This document shows positions 1 to 9,500 of a DNA stretch of 62,754 nucleotides, in pieces. Under the pieces are notes generated by a model. That model made no database searches and was not told the DNA's origin. It saw only the letters and a program-made list of their open reading frames with translations. Within the stretch, counting starts at the first letter, position 1, and each line of letters begins with the position of its first letter. The position numbers and the translations under genes were made by a program. This DNA comes from a virus (taxonomy: Duplodnaviria; Caudoviricetes), in IMG/VR virus record IMGVR_UViG_3300027797_000029, positions 1 to 62,754 of that record; one strand, written 5' to 3'.

Positions 1-93
1 AATGAATGGGATGAATCCAGTTACAGCAGAACCGGTGCAGGCGAACATGCAGCTGCTTTGAAACGACACAATGAGGATACTGCCAGTGAGTAA
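1..93 (+). CDS. 3' end of upstream gene, probably T4 gp55-like late sigma factor (partial)
   Basis: Frame 1 is open to TAA 91-93 (...SYSRTGAGEHAAALKRHNEDTASE*). It overlaps the next GTG and sits directly before gp47, where gp55 lies in T4-like phages. Confidence 0.4.
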   Translation, partial: NEWDESSYSRTGAGEHAAALKRHNEDTASE

Positions 94-1099
94 TTTATTT
101 AAAAAAGTGGCTTGTTTTACCGACATTCATTTCGGTCTCAAGAGCAACAGTAGCACCCACAATCAAGATTGTGAGGAATTTGTGGAGTGGTACATTGCCA
201 AAGCCAAAGAGCAAGGTTGTGATACTGGAATTTTTATGGGCGATTGGCATCACAATCGCAACAGTCTCAATATCACCACTATGGACTATAGTCTTAGGGC
301 TTTGGAAAAGTTGGGTCAGGCGTTCGATAACTTTTATTTCTTTCCTGGCAATCATGATCTTTACTACAAAGACAAGCGTGATATTCATTCTGTAGAGTTT
401 GGCAAGTATATTCCTGGAATTACTGTGGTTCATGAACCCACTACCATTGGCGATGTTACCCTTTGCCCGTGGCTTGTAGGAGACGAATGGCGAAGCGTGG
501 GCAAGAAAGGCGGCAAGTACATATTTGGCCACTTTGAGTTGCCCAGCTTCTTTATGAATGCCATGATTCAAATGCCGGATCACGGTGAGATTCAGTTGGA
601 TAGTTTTAAAAATTATGAACTTGGCTTTAGTGGACACTTTCACAAGCGCCAGCAACAGAAGAACATGGTGTACATTGGCAATGCATTCCCGCACAACTAT
701 GCAGATGCATGGGACGATGACCGTGGCATGATGATATTAGAATGGGGTGGAACTCCAGAATATCACAGTTGGCCCAACCAACCCACATTTAGAACTGTCA
801 AACTAAGTCAATTGATTGACGATGCTGAGACAATTATCAGACCCAAACAGCACTTGCGTGTTACACTTGACATAGATATCACATTTGAAGAAGCAAGTTT
901 TATCAAAGAAAAATTCATTGCGGACTATGATATCCGAGAACTGACTTTGATTGCAGAAAAGAAAGACATAGAAATCAACACTAACATTGATATACAAGCA
1001 TTTGAGAGTGTGGACCAGATTGTCAGTAGCCAAATTGTTAACATTGACAGTGATCAATTTGACAAAAACGTATTATTATCAATTTATAATAGCCTATGA
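86..1099 (+). CDS. gp47: Mre11/SbcD-like recombination nuclease (T4 gp47 family)
   Basis: Metallophosphoesterase motifs DIHFG, GDWHH, GNHD, GHF, SGHFH. Likely start GTG 86 (ORF track starts at 71). Overlaps gp46 by ATGA. Confidence 0.92.
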   Translation: MSNLFKKVACFTDIHFGLKSNSSTHNQDCEEFVEWYIAKAKEQGCDTGIFMGDWHHNRNSLNITTMDYSLRALEKLGQAFDNFYFFPGNHDLYYKDKRDIHSVEFGKYIPGITVVHEPTTIGDVTLCPWLVGDEWRSVGKKGGKYIFGHFELPSFFMNAMIQMPDHGEIQLDSFKNYELGFSGHFHKRQQQKNMVYIGNAFPHNYADAWDDDRGMMILEWGGTPEYHSWPNQPTFRTVKLSQLIDDAETIIRPKQHLRVTLDIDITFEEASFIKEKFIADYDIRELTLIAEKKDIEINTNIDIQAFESVDQIVSSQIVNIDSDQFDKNVLLSIYNSL

Positions 1100-2877
1100 G
1101 TTTAAAATTAAAAGAACTGACAGTTAAAAACTTTATGAGCGTAGGTAATCAAACCCAAGCTGTAAATTTTGCACAAGAAAATCTAACACTGGTACTGGGT
1201 GAAAACTTGGATCAAGGTGGCGATGACAATGGCAGTCGCAACGGCACAGGTAAAACTACCATTGTGAATGCTTTGAGTTACGCATTGTTTGGCAATGCAT
1301 TAACCAATATTAAAAAAGATAATCTAATTAACAAGATTAACAATAAAAACATGTTGGTTACACTGGCGTTTGAAAAAGACGGCATGGACTATCGCATTGA
1401 ACGTGGGCGCAAACCCAATGTTCTACAGTTTTTTGTCAACGATCAAGCACAAGAAACTGAAGAAACAGACGACTCGCAAGGAGACATGCGAGAAACGCAA
1501 CGAGATCTTGATGAATTGTTGGGCATGAGCCACGACATGTTCAAGCATATTGTTGCCCTTAACACTTACACAGAGCCATTTCTCAGCATGCGGGCAAATG
1601 ATCAGCGAGTTATCATTGAACAATTGCTGGGAATTACTTTGCTAAGTGAAAAGGCTGAAGCATTAAAAGAACTTATTAGACAAACTAAAGAAAATATCAC
1701 TCAAGAGTCTGCCAATATTGAAGCTACCAAGAAAGCCAATGAAGGTATTCAAAAGAGTATTGATGCATTATTAACTAGACAAAGTGCTTGGCGCACACAA
1801 CATGCTAACGAAATAGAAAAAATTGGTCGTGCAATTGTGGAACTTGAAAGTGTTGACATTGATTCTGAAGTAGCAAAGCATGCAGAACTAAAAGTTTACG
1901 ATGAAAGTGCTGCCAAACTAAAAAGTTTGAACAAAGAACGTGCTACTCTGGAAAGTGCGCTGGCGCAAGCAGAAAAAAGTTTAACAAAGTACACAAAAGA
2001 ACTAGAAAGTCTAGCAAACAAAACATGCCATGCTTGCGAACAACAGTTGCATGATCACAAACATGAAGAAATGAATGCACTGGCAGTAAAGCATTTGGAA
2101 GAAGCCAACACTTATTTTAACAAAGTTACAAAAGATCTAGGCAAAATTGTTAAAGAATTAGAAACAATTGGAGATATTAACGGCAGGCCCAACACTTATT
2201 ACGATAGTTTGGAGCAGGCTCTCAAGCATCAGAACAATTTAAAAACATTGGAAACACAATTAATTACCAAAGCAGACGAAACTGATCCGTATCAAGAGCA
2301 AATAGACGAGCTTACTGACACAGCCATGCAAGAAATTTCCTGGGATGGTGTTAATAATCTCAATAGTCTCAAAGATCATCAGGAGTTTTTACTTAAATTG
2401 CTGACCAGCAAAGACAGTTTTATACGAAAAAAGATTATAGATCAGAACTTGGCCTATCTAAACAACAGACTGACGCACTATCTTGACAAGATGGGATTGC
2501 CACACACGGTGATATTCCAGAACGACCTCACTGTTATCATCACACAACTGGGGCAGGACTTGGACTTTGATAACTTGAGTCGAGGTGAACGCAACAGATT
2601 GATACTGAGTTTGTCTTGGGCATTCCGTGATGTGTGGGAAAGTTTGTATCAACAAATCAATTTGTTGTTTGTTGACGAACTTATTGACAACGGATTAGAC
2701 TCAGCTGGTGTAGAAGGTGCCTTAGCAGTGCTTAAAAAGATGAGCCGAGAACGTAAAAAGAACATTTTCTTGATCAGTCACAAGGATGAATTGATTGGGC
2801 GTGTTAACAATGTTCTAAAGGTTATCAAAGAAAATGGGTATACCAGCTATGCAAACGACTTAGAGGTCACAGAATAA
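1096..2877 (+). CDS. gp46: Rad50/SbcC-like ATPase (T4 gp46 family)
   Basis: KNFMS start, Walker A NGTGKTT, coiled coil with CHAC zinc hook, signature LSRGE, Walker B LFVDE, ISH motif. Confidence 0.95.
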   Translation: MSLKLKELTVKNFMSVGNQTQAVNFAQENLTLVLGENLDQGGDDNGSRNGTGKTTIVNALSYALFGNALTNIKKDNLINKINNKNMLVTLAFEKDGMDYRIERGRKPNVLQFFVNDQAQETEETDDSQGDMRETQRDLDELLGMSHDMFKHIVALNTYTEPFLSMRANDQRVIIEQLLGITLLSEKAEALKELIRQTKENITQESANIEATKKANEGIQKSIDALLTRQSAWRTQHANEIEKIGRAIVELESVDIDSEVAKHAELKVYDESAAKLKSLNKERATLESALAQAEKSLTKYTKELESLANKTCHACEQQLHDHKHEEMNALAVKHLEEANTYFNKVTKDLGKIVKELETIGDINGRPNTYYDSLEQALKHQNNLKTLETQLITKADETDPYQEQIDELTDTAMQEISWDGVNNLNSLKDHQEFLLKLLTSKDSFIRKKIIDQNLAYLNNRLTHYLDKMGLPHTVIFQNDLTVIITQLGQDLDFDNLSRGERNRLILSLSWAFRDVWESLYQQINLLFVDELIDNGLDSAGVEGALAVLKKMSRERKKNIFLISHKDELIGRVNNVLKVIKENGYTSYANDLEVTE

Positions 2878-3113
2878 TGCTAAAAGCCTGGACTGTTGAA
2901 CAAGTTTATGAACTTTGTCGACGCATTAGAGACGCCACAAATGAGCGTGGACGTAATAATGCGTGGCATTGGGAATGTAAAAAGGACTTGTACAGAATCA
3001 AGTGGTCAGCAGAACAGGCAATAGCCCAGTGTGAGCACTTTGCTGAAGAAGAACAATTTATTCGAAGCTACGGACACAAACAATTATTAGGCATAATAAA
3101 AGGCAATGAGTAA
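2877..3113 (+). CDS. hypothetical protein (78 aa)
   Basis: TAATG coupling to gp46; overlaps the next ORF. Confidence 0.6.
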   Translation: MLKAWTVEQVYELCRRIRDATNERGRNNAWHWECKKDLYRIKWSAEQAIAQCEHFAEEEQFIRSYGHKQLLGIIKGNE

Positions 3114-3384
3114 ACACGTTGAGCCATCATCAACACAAAACGAAGAGTCGCATGAACAACTCATGGCGGCTTTTAGACAATACTTCAAAGCAAATCAAGA
3201 TTGGCAGGCAAAAGGCACACGCATCGCAGGCGAAAATATGCGCTACTGGTTAGCACAAATTAGAATCATAGCAAAGCAACGTAGAGAACATGTTCAAAAA
3301 TATCGTGTGTATCTGGACACAGCTAAACGTGAACGCAAGGCAAATCAAAAAGGCACAAGTGGAGATCAAGATAGCACTAACTAG
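3106..3384 (+). CDS. small basic helical protein, possibly Hc1/histone-H1-like DNA-binding
   Basis: KGTRIAGENMRYWLAQIRIIAKQRREHVQ resembles the KG..AAG.RAR..L..L.K..R..I pattern of Hc1-like phage proteins. Confidence 0.5.
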   Translation: MSKHVEPSSTQNEESHEQLMAAFRQYFKANQDWQAKGTRIAGENMRYWLAQIRIIAKQRREHVQKYRVYLDTAKRERKANQKGTSGDQDSTN

Positions 3385-3387
3385 TGT

Positions 3388-3825
3388 ATGTCTTGGTATT
3401 ACGAAAATCAATTAATAGAAGAATTGCCCGAGGATTGTGTTGGGTTTGTGTATCTCATAACAAACACAGTCACTGGGCGTATGTACATAGGCAAAAAATT
3501 AGCCAAATTTGCAAAAACCACTTACAAAGTGGTCAAGTTAAAGAACGGCACCAAGAAGAAAAAGAAAATCCGCAGCAAAATTGACAGCGATTGGCAGGAC
3601 TATTATGGTTCCAGTGATGAGTTAGGCAAAGATGTTGTGCAGTTAGGTCAAGAAAACTTTCGCAGGGAAATACTATTTTATTGTAAGTCCAAGGCAGAAA
3701 CGTCATACGTAGAGGCACGAGAACAATTTACACGCAGGGTATTGGAATCTGACGAATATTATAACGGTCAGATATCTGTTCGTGTCCACGGCTCCCACAT
3801 CAAAGGCAAAAAGTTAAACGGTTAA
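3388..3825 (+). CDS. small GIY-YIG endonuclease (Seg/EndoII-like, catalytic domain only)
   Basis: GFVYLITN...YIGKK, YYGSS, FRREIL, E(AREQ), YYN motifs. Confidence 0.85.
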   Translation: MSWYYENQLIEELPEDCVGFVYLITNTVTGRMYIGKKLAKFAKTTYKVVKLKNGTKKKKKIRSKIDSDWQDYYGSSDELGKDVVQLGQENFRREILFYCKSKAETSYVEAREQFTRRVLESDEYYNGQISVRVHGSHIKGKKLNG

Positions 3826-4283
3826 AGCAAGCACAAGCCAATTTCATGTGCCCGTACACCTGGATCTCGGATCGCAGGGAGGGAAATTCTCCAGCCGTTA
3901 GGAGTACTCAGCAACTATCCTTTACAGGACGACGATCAGATATGCCTTGACACAACTGATTTTGCTGTTTGAAAAGATTTTAAAAGGCTAAAAGAGGGGA
4001 AATACGCCCCACGTACACACGCATGTTAGCGTATGAGTGTGTGCCGCCGTTGTGATAAGACAGCATGATTAGGTACCGGATAACCGCCTAAGCTAGTAGA
4101 AATACTTGTAGTGCAAACGCTAAGTGAACTGCTCAACTCAGATAATGTTCAAATAACTTTGCCCGCCAGGGCGAAGTGTGACTACACAATCTAGATAATA
4201 TTTAAACTGCTTCGCAGTTGATAGTTCTTAAAAACAACAACAGTTCGAGCGAAAGCGAAGAACAGAAGAACGCAAGTTCTTCT
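3826..4283 (+). ncRNA. candidate large structured non-coding RNA (~460 nt)
   Basis: No ORF of 60 aa or more. At least 10 helices found by eye, GNRA loops on the + strand (GAAA 4099, GAAA 4251, GCAA 4272), and a loop-distal complement TTAGCGT 4026-4032 / ACGCTAA 4117-4123. Confidence 0.6.
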
Positions 4284-4517
4284 TTACAGTAAAGGCATTC
4301 GTGTTTCTTTAGTGGTTTCGATATTTTCGTTAATCACATTATAGATCATGTCACGATCTTCAAAACTATACAGTTGTAGAAGTTCGTCCACTGTGACACC
4401 ACCACGCATGTACCACGAGATTCTAAAAAGTTCTTGTTTGAACTCTTTGATTTGGCCGTCGAGCCTAATTAATTTCTGTTCAATTTCTTGAGGAGAGAGG
4501 TTAATTAGGCTTTTACG
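4284..4517 (-). CDS. gp51-like hub/tail assembly chaperone C-terminal segment, probably reached by -1 frameshift from gp26
   Basis: Open -1 frame RKSLINLSPQEIEQKLIRLDGQIKEFKQELFRISWYMRGG...RMPLL*. First ATG only at 4409. Not in the ORF track. Confidence 0.7.
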   Translation of the reverse strand, partial: RKSLINLSPQEIEQKLIRLDGQIKEFKQELFRISWYMRGGVTVDELLQLYSFEDRDMIYNVINENIETTKETRMPLL

Positions 4518-5332
4518 AAAAAATTTGATTGATCAAGTTCCACTGTGAGTTTGGTTTCGGTAGCACATGCTTCACATTTTACAGGAAACTTTGGCATGGC
4601 CCATGTGTCATTGTTTTTGTAATTCTGTTGCTTGATGGCTTCAAACACTGTGCGGTCAGCATTTTCCAACCACTCCATGATCCAAGAGCGTTCAGTCACT
4701 ACTTGATCCACAGTGCTGACACTTTCAATGGTGTATTTGTATATGTCGTTTTGGACTTTTGCCAATTCTTTAAACAATTCTGTTACCAGTTTTTGTTTTT
4801 GTTCATCATCTGTCATGATTTCAGTCTGTGCAATTTTTTGTTGCAATTGAAAGTTGATTAAATTGAATTCTGTGCTTTGTTTGTAAGTCAACGGAGTCAA
4901 CTGAATAGTGAGATTGTCCAGCACAATTTTATTATCATAAACACAGTTCATGTAGTGCTCGATAACACGACTTAGATCCAAATCATAATCATTTTCAGTG
5001 GCACAATTTCCACAGGTATGACTAACTGCCATTTCGTTGCCATAAGTGGCAATTCTAATTGCAGCCAAAATGATAGTGATGTCAATGTTAGACAGCTCCC
5101 AGGGATTTTTGACATTAGGGCAACAACTGGCAATCACATTGGCTGTGCTTTCTCCTGACAGCAATGCATCAGGCGTTTTAATTATGATTTCATCCATGCC
5201 AGTCATACCGTACACTGGCATGTGTGTTAAATCGCCTTGAATTGTGCCTGGCTTGCTAAAAATACCACCAGATGGCAATTTGATAAAAACTTTTGGTTGT
5301 CTAAAATATTTCTGTAATGGATTATTGGCCAT
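4505..5332 (-). CDS. gp26: baseplate hub assembly protein (T4 gp26 family)
   Basis: RQPKVFIKLPSGG, MTGMDEII, IDI..ILAAIRIATYG, two CxxC pairs, C-terminal NFF. Confidence 0.8.
   Translation of the reverse strand: MANNPLQKYFRQPKVFIKLPSGGIFSKPGTIQGDLTHMPVYGMTGMDEIIIKTPDALLSGESTANVIASCCPNVKNPWELSNIDITIILAAIRIATYGNEMAVSHTCGNCATENDYDLDLSRVIEHYMNCVYDNKIVLDNLTIQLTPLTYKQSTEFNLINFQLQQKIAQTEIMTDDEQKQKLVTELFKELAKVQNDIYKYTIESVSTVDQVVTERSWIMEWLENADRTVFEAIKQQNYKNNDTWAMPKFPVKCEACATETKLTVELDQSNFFVKA
4517..4523 (-). other. slippery heptamer T_TTT_TTC (-1 programmed frameshift site)
   Basis: AAT TTT TTC GTA AAA GCC TAA at the gp26 3' end; the -1 frame stays open for 77 codons. Confidence 0.65.
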
Positions 5333-5353
5333 GTTATTACTCCGTTTGTCTTG

Positions 5354-5361
5354 TATTTATA
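5354..5361 (-). promoter_or_regulatory. T4-type late promoter TATAAATA for gp26
   Basis: Perfect consensus on the minus strand, followed by a GGAG Shine-Dalgarno. Confidence 0.8.
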
Positions 5362-5404
5362 TGCGTACTTTTTGGGGTATTTTTATTTGAACACATATAA
5401 ATGG

Positions 5405-5410
5405 TAAATA
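5405..5410 (+). promoter_or_regulatory. late promoter core TAAATA, 6 nt before ATG 5417
   Basis: Divergent from the gp26 promoter; no SD. Confidence 0.6.
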
Positions 5411-5416
5411 TCTATT

Positions 5417-6460
5417 ATGAAAGTCTATGAAATCATTACTCCACAGCCCTTGAACGAATTTGCATTGAAAGATCTAAATCCGTTCAACTGGGGCAAGGGC
5501 GACGAAAAAACTGACACAGCTGCTACTGCTGCTGGGCGGTCTGCTGCAACAGGTGTTGCTGTGGGCGGTACACTGGCAGGAATAGGCACCGCCACCATGG
5601 CGTGGGAAAGTTTTGGCAAAGACAAGACGCCTGCCGGTGTGGCTGCTAGAAAAGCCAGTAAAGCTGAAGCGGTCAAATCCTTAGGCAATTGGGCTGCAAT
5701 CTTAAAAATGTTGCAGGCTTTTGAAATAGTTGCTGAAACCAAATACAGATTGTATGTGTTGGAACAGAGGTATCTCAAAGGTGAACTCAATAAACAGCAA
5801 TTTGCTGATTATCAAAAGGCATTCTTGGGACTGGCACAGGTACAATTCTTTGCACCCTGGTTGGTGGACATACTGGCCAATATGACAATTGTTAGATTTA
5901 TAGCCAAACTGATATTTGGAGTTCTCACTCTGGGTGCTGGATTTTTTACCGGAGGTGTGGCTGCTGTGGTGGGCATTGGATTGCAAGCTGCTGTGTTCAC
6001 CGCACTGCAACAATTTTTACGCAGCCATGCATTTGAAACTTGGATGTTTAATAATCTTTTGACACCTTTGATATTGGCTGGTACTATTCCATACGAATCA
6101 TGGAGTCTGTTGAGAAAATACGTGCTTAGTGAGATTCCTATTCTGAACAAGTACATAGACAGTGGCGGCAATCCTGGCATGGGATATGCTGATGCTATGG
6201 CTGCTAAGAAGAAAGAAGTCAATCCCAAAGCTGCTGAAGAAGATGAAAAAGTCACTGACTTTGGAAAAATAAACAAACCCAATGCTGGCAAAGATGCTGT
6301 TATAATCAACGGTACTAATATTGTGGGTCCTGACGGCAAACTGGATGATTTTTCTTTTATGAAAACAAGTGTACAAAATTACATATCGTTGCATCCTAAC
6401 GATCCAGAAGTTAAAAAAATACCCAGCATACCAAGAGCAGCTAATTCAATCTACAAATAA
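5417..6460 (+). CDS. hypothetical membrane-associated virion protein
   Basis: Hydrophobic Gly/Ala-rich segments (FIAKLIFGVLTLGAGFFTGGVAAVVGIGL). MKVYEII...LNE start is typical of T4-like head-processed proteins. Confidence 0.7.
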   Translation: MKVYEIITPQPLNEFALKDLNPFNWGKGDEKTDTAATAAGRSAATGVAVGGTLAGIGTATMAWESFGKDKTPAGVAARKASKAEAVKSLGNWAAILKMLQAFEIVAETKYRLYVLEQRYLKGELNKQQFADYQKAFLGLAQVQFFAPWLVDILANMTIVRFIAKLIFGVLTLGAGFFTGGVAAVVGIGLQAAVFTALQQFLRSHAFETWMFNNLLTPLILAGTIPYESWSLLRKYVLSEIPILNKYIDSGGNPGMGYADAMAAKKKEVNPKAAEEDEKVTDFGKINKPNAGKDAVIINGTNIVGPDGKLDDFSFMKTSVQNYISLHPNDPEVKKIPSIPRAANSIYK

Positions 6461-6485
6461 CATTAACTACCTACTTTTCAAATCC

Positions 6486-6493
6486 TATAAATA
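6486..6493 (+). promoter_or_regulatory. late promoter TATAAATA
   Basis: Perfect consensus upstream of 6517. Confidence 0.8.
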
Positions 6494-6516
6494 TACTATA
6501 TTTCTAGGATTTTTTT

Positions 6517-9500
6517 ATGGCCGATAAAGTTGACCTAAGCGACGACACGTTAGACAAATTAGCACAACGATTAAAAAATGGCGGTGCTGGTAATTCTGGC
6601 GGTGGAAACCAAGGTGGAGGAGGTGGAGGATCTGGTGCATTTGGAGAGGCAATGAGCAAAGCCTCAAAAGAATTTAATCCTCTAGCAGATGCTTTAAAAT
6701 TAGGCGGTTCTGCGGTATCGGGCATCAGTACTGCATATGGTAAACTACAAAGTGTAATTGAACCAAGTCTTGGAACTTGGAGAAAACTCAGCGACACTGG
6801 CGCAAGTTTTGGCAATGACATTGTAGGCATGAGCGCGGCCGCATCTGGGTCTAGATTAACACTGGACGAGTTTGCAGATGTAATTAAAAAGAATTCAGGA
6901 AACTTCAGCGGCCTTGGTGGCAATGCTGCCAAAGGCGCAGAAAACTTTGCTAAACTCAGCAAAGAAATGGCAGACAGTGGCGTAAATGATAATTTGCTTC
7001 GCCTGGGCATGTCAAGTAAAGACATTAATGAAGTGTTGGCATTGCAAGTGGGCATGCAACAAAGCATTAACATGGACAACGAACAGCAACGTAAAAAAGC
7101 CATAGAATCAGCTGTTAAACTGGCAACTGAGATGGATAGCATGGCCAAACTAACGGGAGTTAGTCGCAAAGAGCAAGAAGAAAACATGAAGAAAGCTCAA
7201 GCGGACATGCAAGTTGAAGCTAAACTTCGTGTGCTGACCATGGGCAAGAGTGAGGAAGAAGCAGCTGCAATTCGTAGTGGTTTCATGACGCAATACAATG
7301 AAGCACAACTTCGCGGACAAGGACAAATGTTCAAAGAAGTGTTTGCCACAGGCACAGTTCAAAGTCAAGAAGCTGCAAATCAAGTGGCAATATCTGGTCG
7401 TGAAGCACAAATGACCATGGCTCAAGCCAAAGCCACCGCTGCGGGTGACGCAAAAGCTGCAGGTGAATACAGTAAACAAGCCGCAGTGGAGTCAATGAAG
7501 AATCAGAATGATGTTAACAAACTGAATCTTGCAATTTATTCCAGCAACACCGATGCTGGCAAGTCCATGAAAGAAAGCATGACTGCTACATCTGGCATGT
7601 ACAAAGCAGAGCAAGCTGTTAGAGCCAAGATGGAAAAAGACGGCTTGTTGGCTGGCTTGTCAGAACAACAAAAAGCTGCAAAAGTTCATGAAGAAGCATT
7701 GGCACAAATAAAACGCGAACAAAATAACGAAAACGCCGATGGTACAAAAAAAGCTGGCAGTGAAAGTACAGATGCATTGTTAAAAGTTGGCCGTGCAGCT
7801 GGGGATGTTGAAAGTGCTTTCATGAACAGCGTGGTAAAACCTCTAAACGAAAAAGTTGGACCAGCAATAAATCAAATTGCAGAAAAAGTAATACCTGCAC
7901 AAGTGATAAGAAACAGAACAGCTGCAGAAGGTGGTGGACAAGTAAAAGAAGGGTCCGGCGAAGCCTTGTCAAAAGTTGTTAAACAGGGAGTTGACGCAAG
8001 CCAAGACAGCACAGCTAAAACCAAAGACGAAGCCATTAAAACCAAGCAGCCTAATACTGGATTTGCTTTAGGCGACATTGGCCGAGCTGCAGGCGAGCTT
8101 GCAGGCACAGGCACCAATGCTGTTTTAGCAGGACTTACTTTAGCAAATGAAAAACTAGACGGACTTGATGTTAAGAAACGTGCAGAAGGCACAACAACTA
8201 CCGGACCTGAACTTGCTATCATTGGTGAAGCAGGCAAAGAGCATGTGATCCCAGATGACAAGATGCAAACTTTGATGCAGAATGTCAAGCTGGACGGCTT
8301 GAGCAAAGCAACTGAAGCATTGACAAAAGATAAAAGTGGCGGCGGAGTTGACATGGCCGCCATGGGCAAGATGGTGAACACCACAGTGAGTTCTGCAACA
8401 AGTCCTGGCGCCAGCGCAGCCACCAGTGCAGGTGCTGATGCAGTTGATGACAAAGCTGTGAACAAATGGAAAAAATGGATCACAGACGGAAATGATTTCA
8501 AAGCAGATGCTGAACGTGAAGCAGCTGTAAAAACTGGAGAATCGATCAAAGCTCGACTTGCTGATAGGCAATCACAAGTTGCTGCATTAGAGCAAACTGC
8601 CAGCCAAAGAGAATTATCAGAGAAGGAGCAACAAGAGTTAAAAGTTGCAAAATTTGGTGTTGTGCGAGCCACTAACAACCTTAAAGATCAAGAAGCTCGA
8701 ATGACAGCCATTGATCAACTTGAAAAAGAAGGTGCAACTAAACTAGTTAATTCTAAAAAATCAGAAGTTGCTGAAGTTGTGAAGCAAGCAGAAGAAGGCA
8801 AATTCAAAACTCTTGATTCTAAAAAATCAGAAATAGCCGAAGTTGTCAAGCAAGAAGAAACTAAAAAAGCATCAGTGGTTGCACAATCAGTGTTCAGTGC
8901 CATGGCCACCATTGGCTTGACTGATAATCAAAAGAAAATGTATGGAGAGTTTGCTAATCTCAGTGCAGAAGACAGTGCAAAAAAACAAGCAAGTCTCAAG
9001 GAAGAAGAAGCATCTGCCCTTGCAGCCAACATAGCAGCATCAAAAGCACGAGATGCCATAGAAGAAAAAGCTGAATTGGAAGGTCGCAAAATGACTGAGG
9101 CTGAAGAAGCTGAACACAAAGCTCTTGGGATAATACAAAATGCTTCTGCTGACAAAATAACTGCTGCACAAGAAGAACAACAGGTGCTGAGTCGTGCTGA
9201 CGAACAACGAGTATTTCAATCAAAAGTTCAAGCAACTCAAGCAGAAATGCAAACTGAAGTTTCAAACAGACTGGCAGAAATTACCAAAAACAATGGACTA
9301 GCATCGCAGGAAAGTTTACAAAAAGAAGCTGAATTTAGATTAATTGGGTTGACACAAGGTGCAGAAGCTGAAGCAAAGGCTAGAGAAGAATCACTTAAAT
9401 TGACCACCAGTGTCAGCGATGCAGAGATAGCGGCCAAGTTTAAAGAAGCTGAATTTAAATTAATTGGTATAACTCAGGGTGCAGAAGCTGAAGCAAAGGC

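Noticed and set aside
3826-4283. tmRNA, RNase P, tRNA or group I/II intron
   Set aside because: No tRNA-like ends, RNase P P4 motifs or group II domain V. The flanking genes are complete and convergent, so there are no exons to join.
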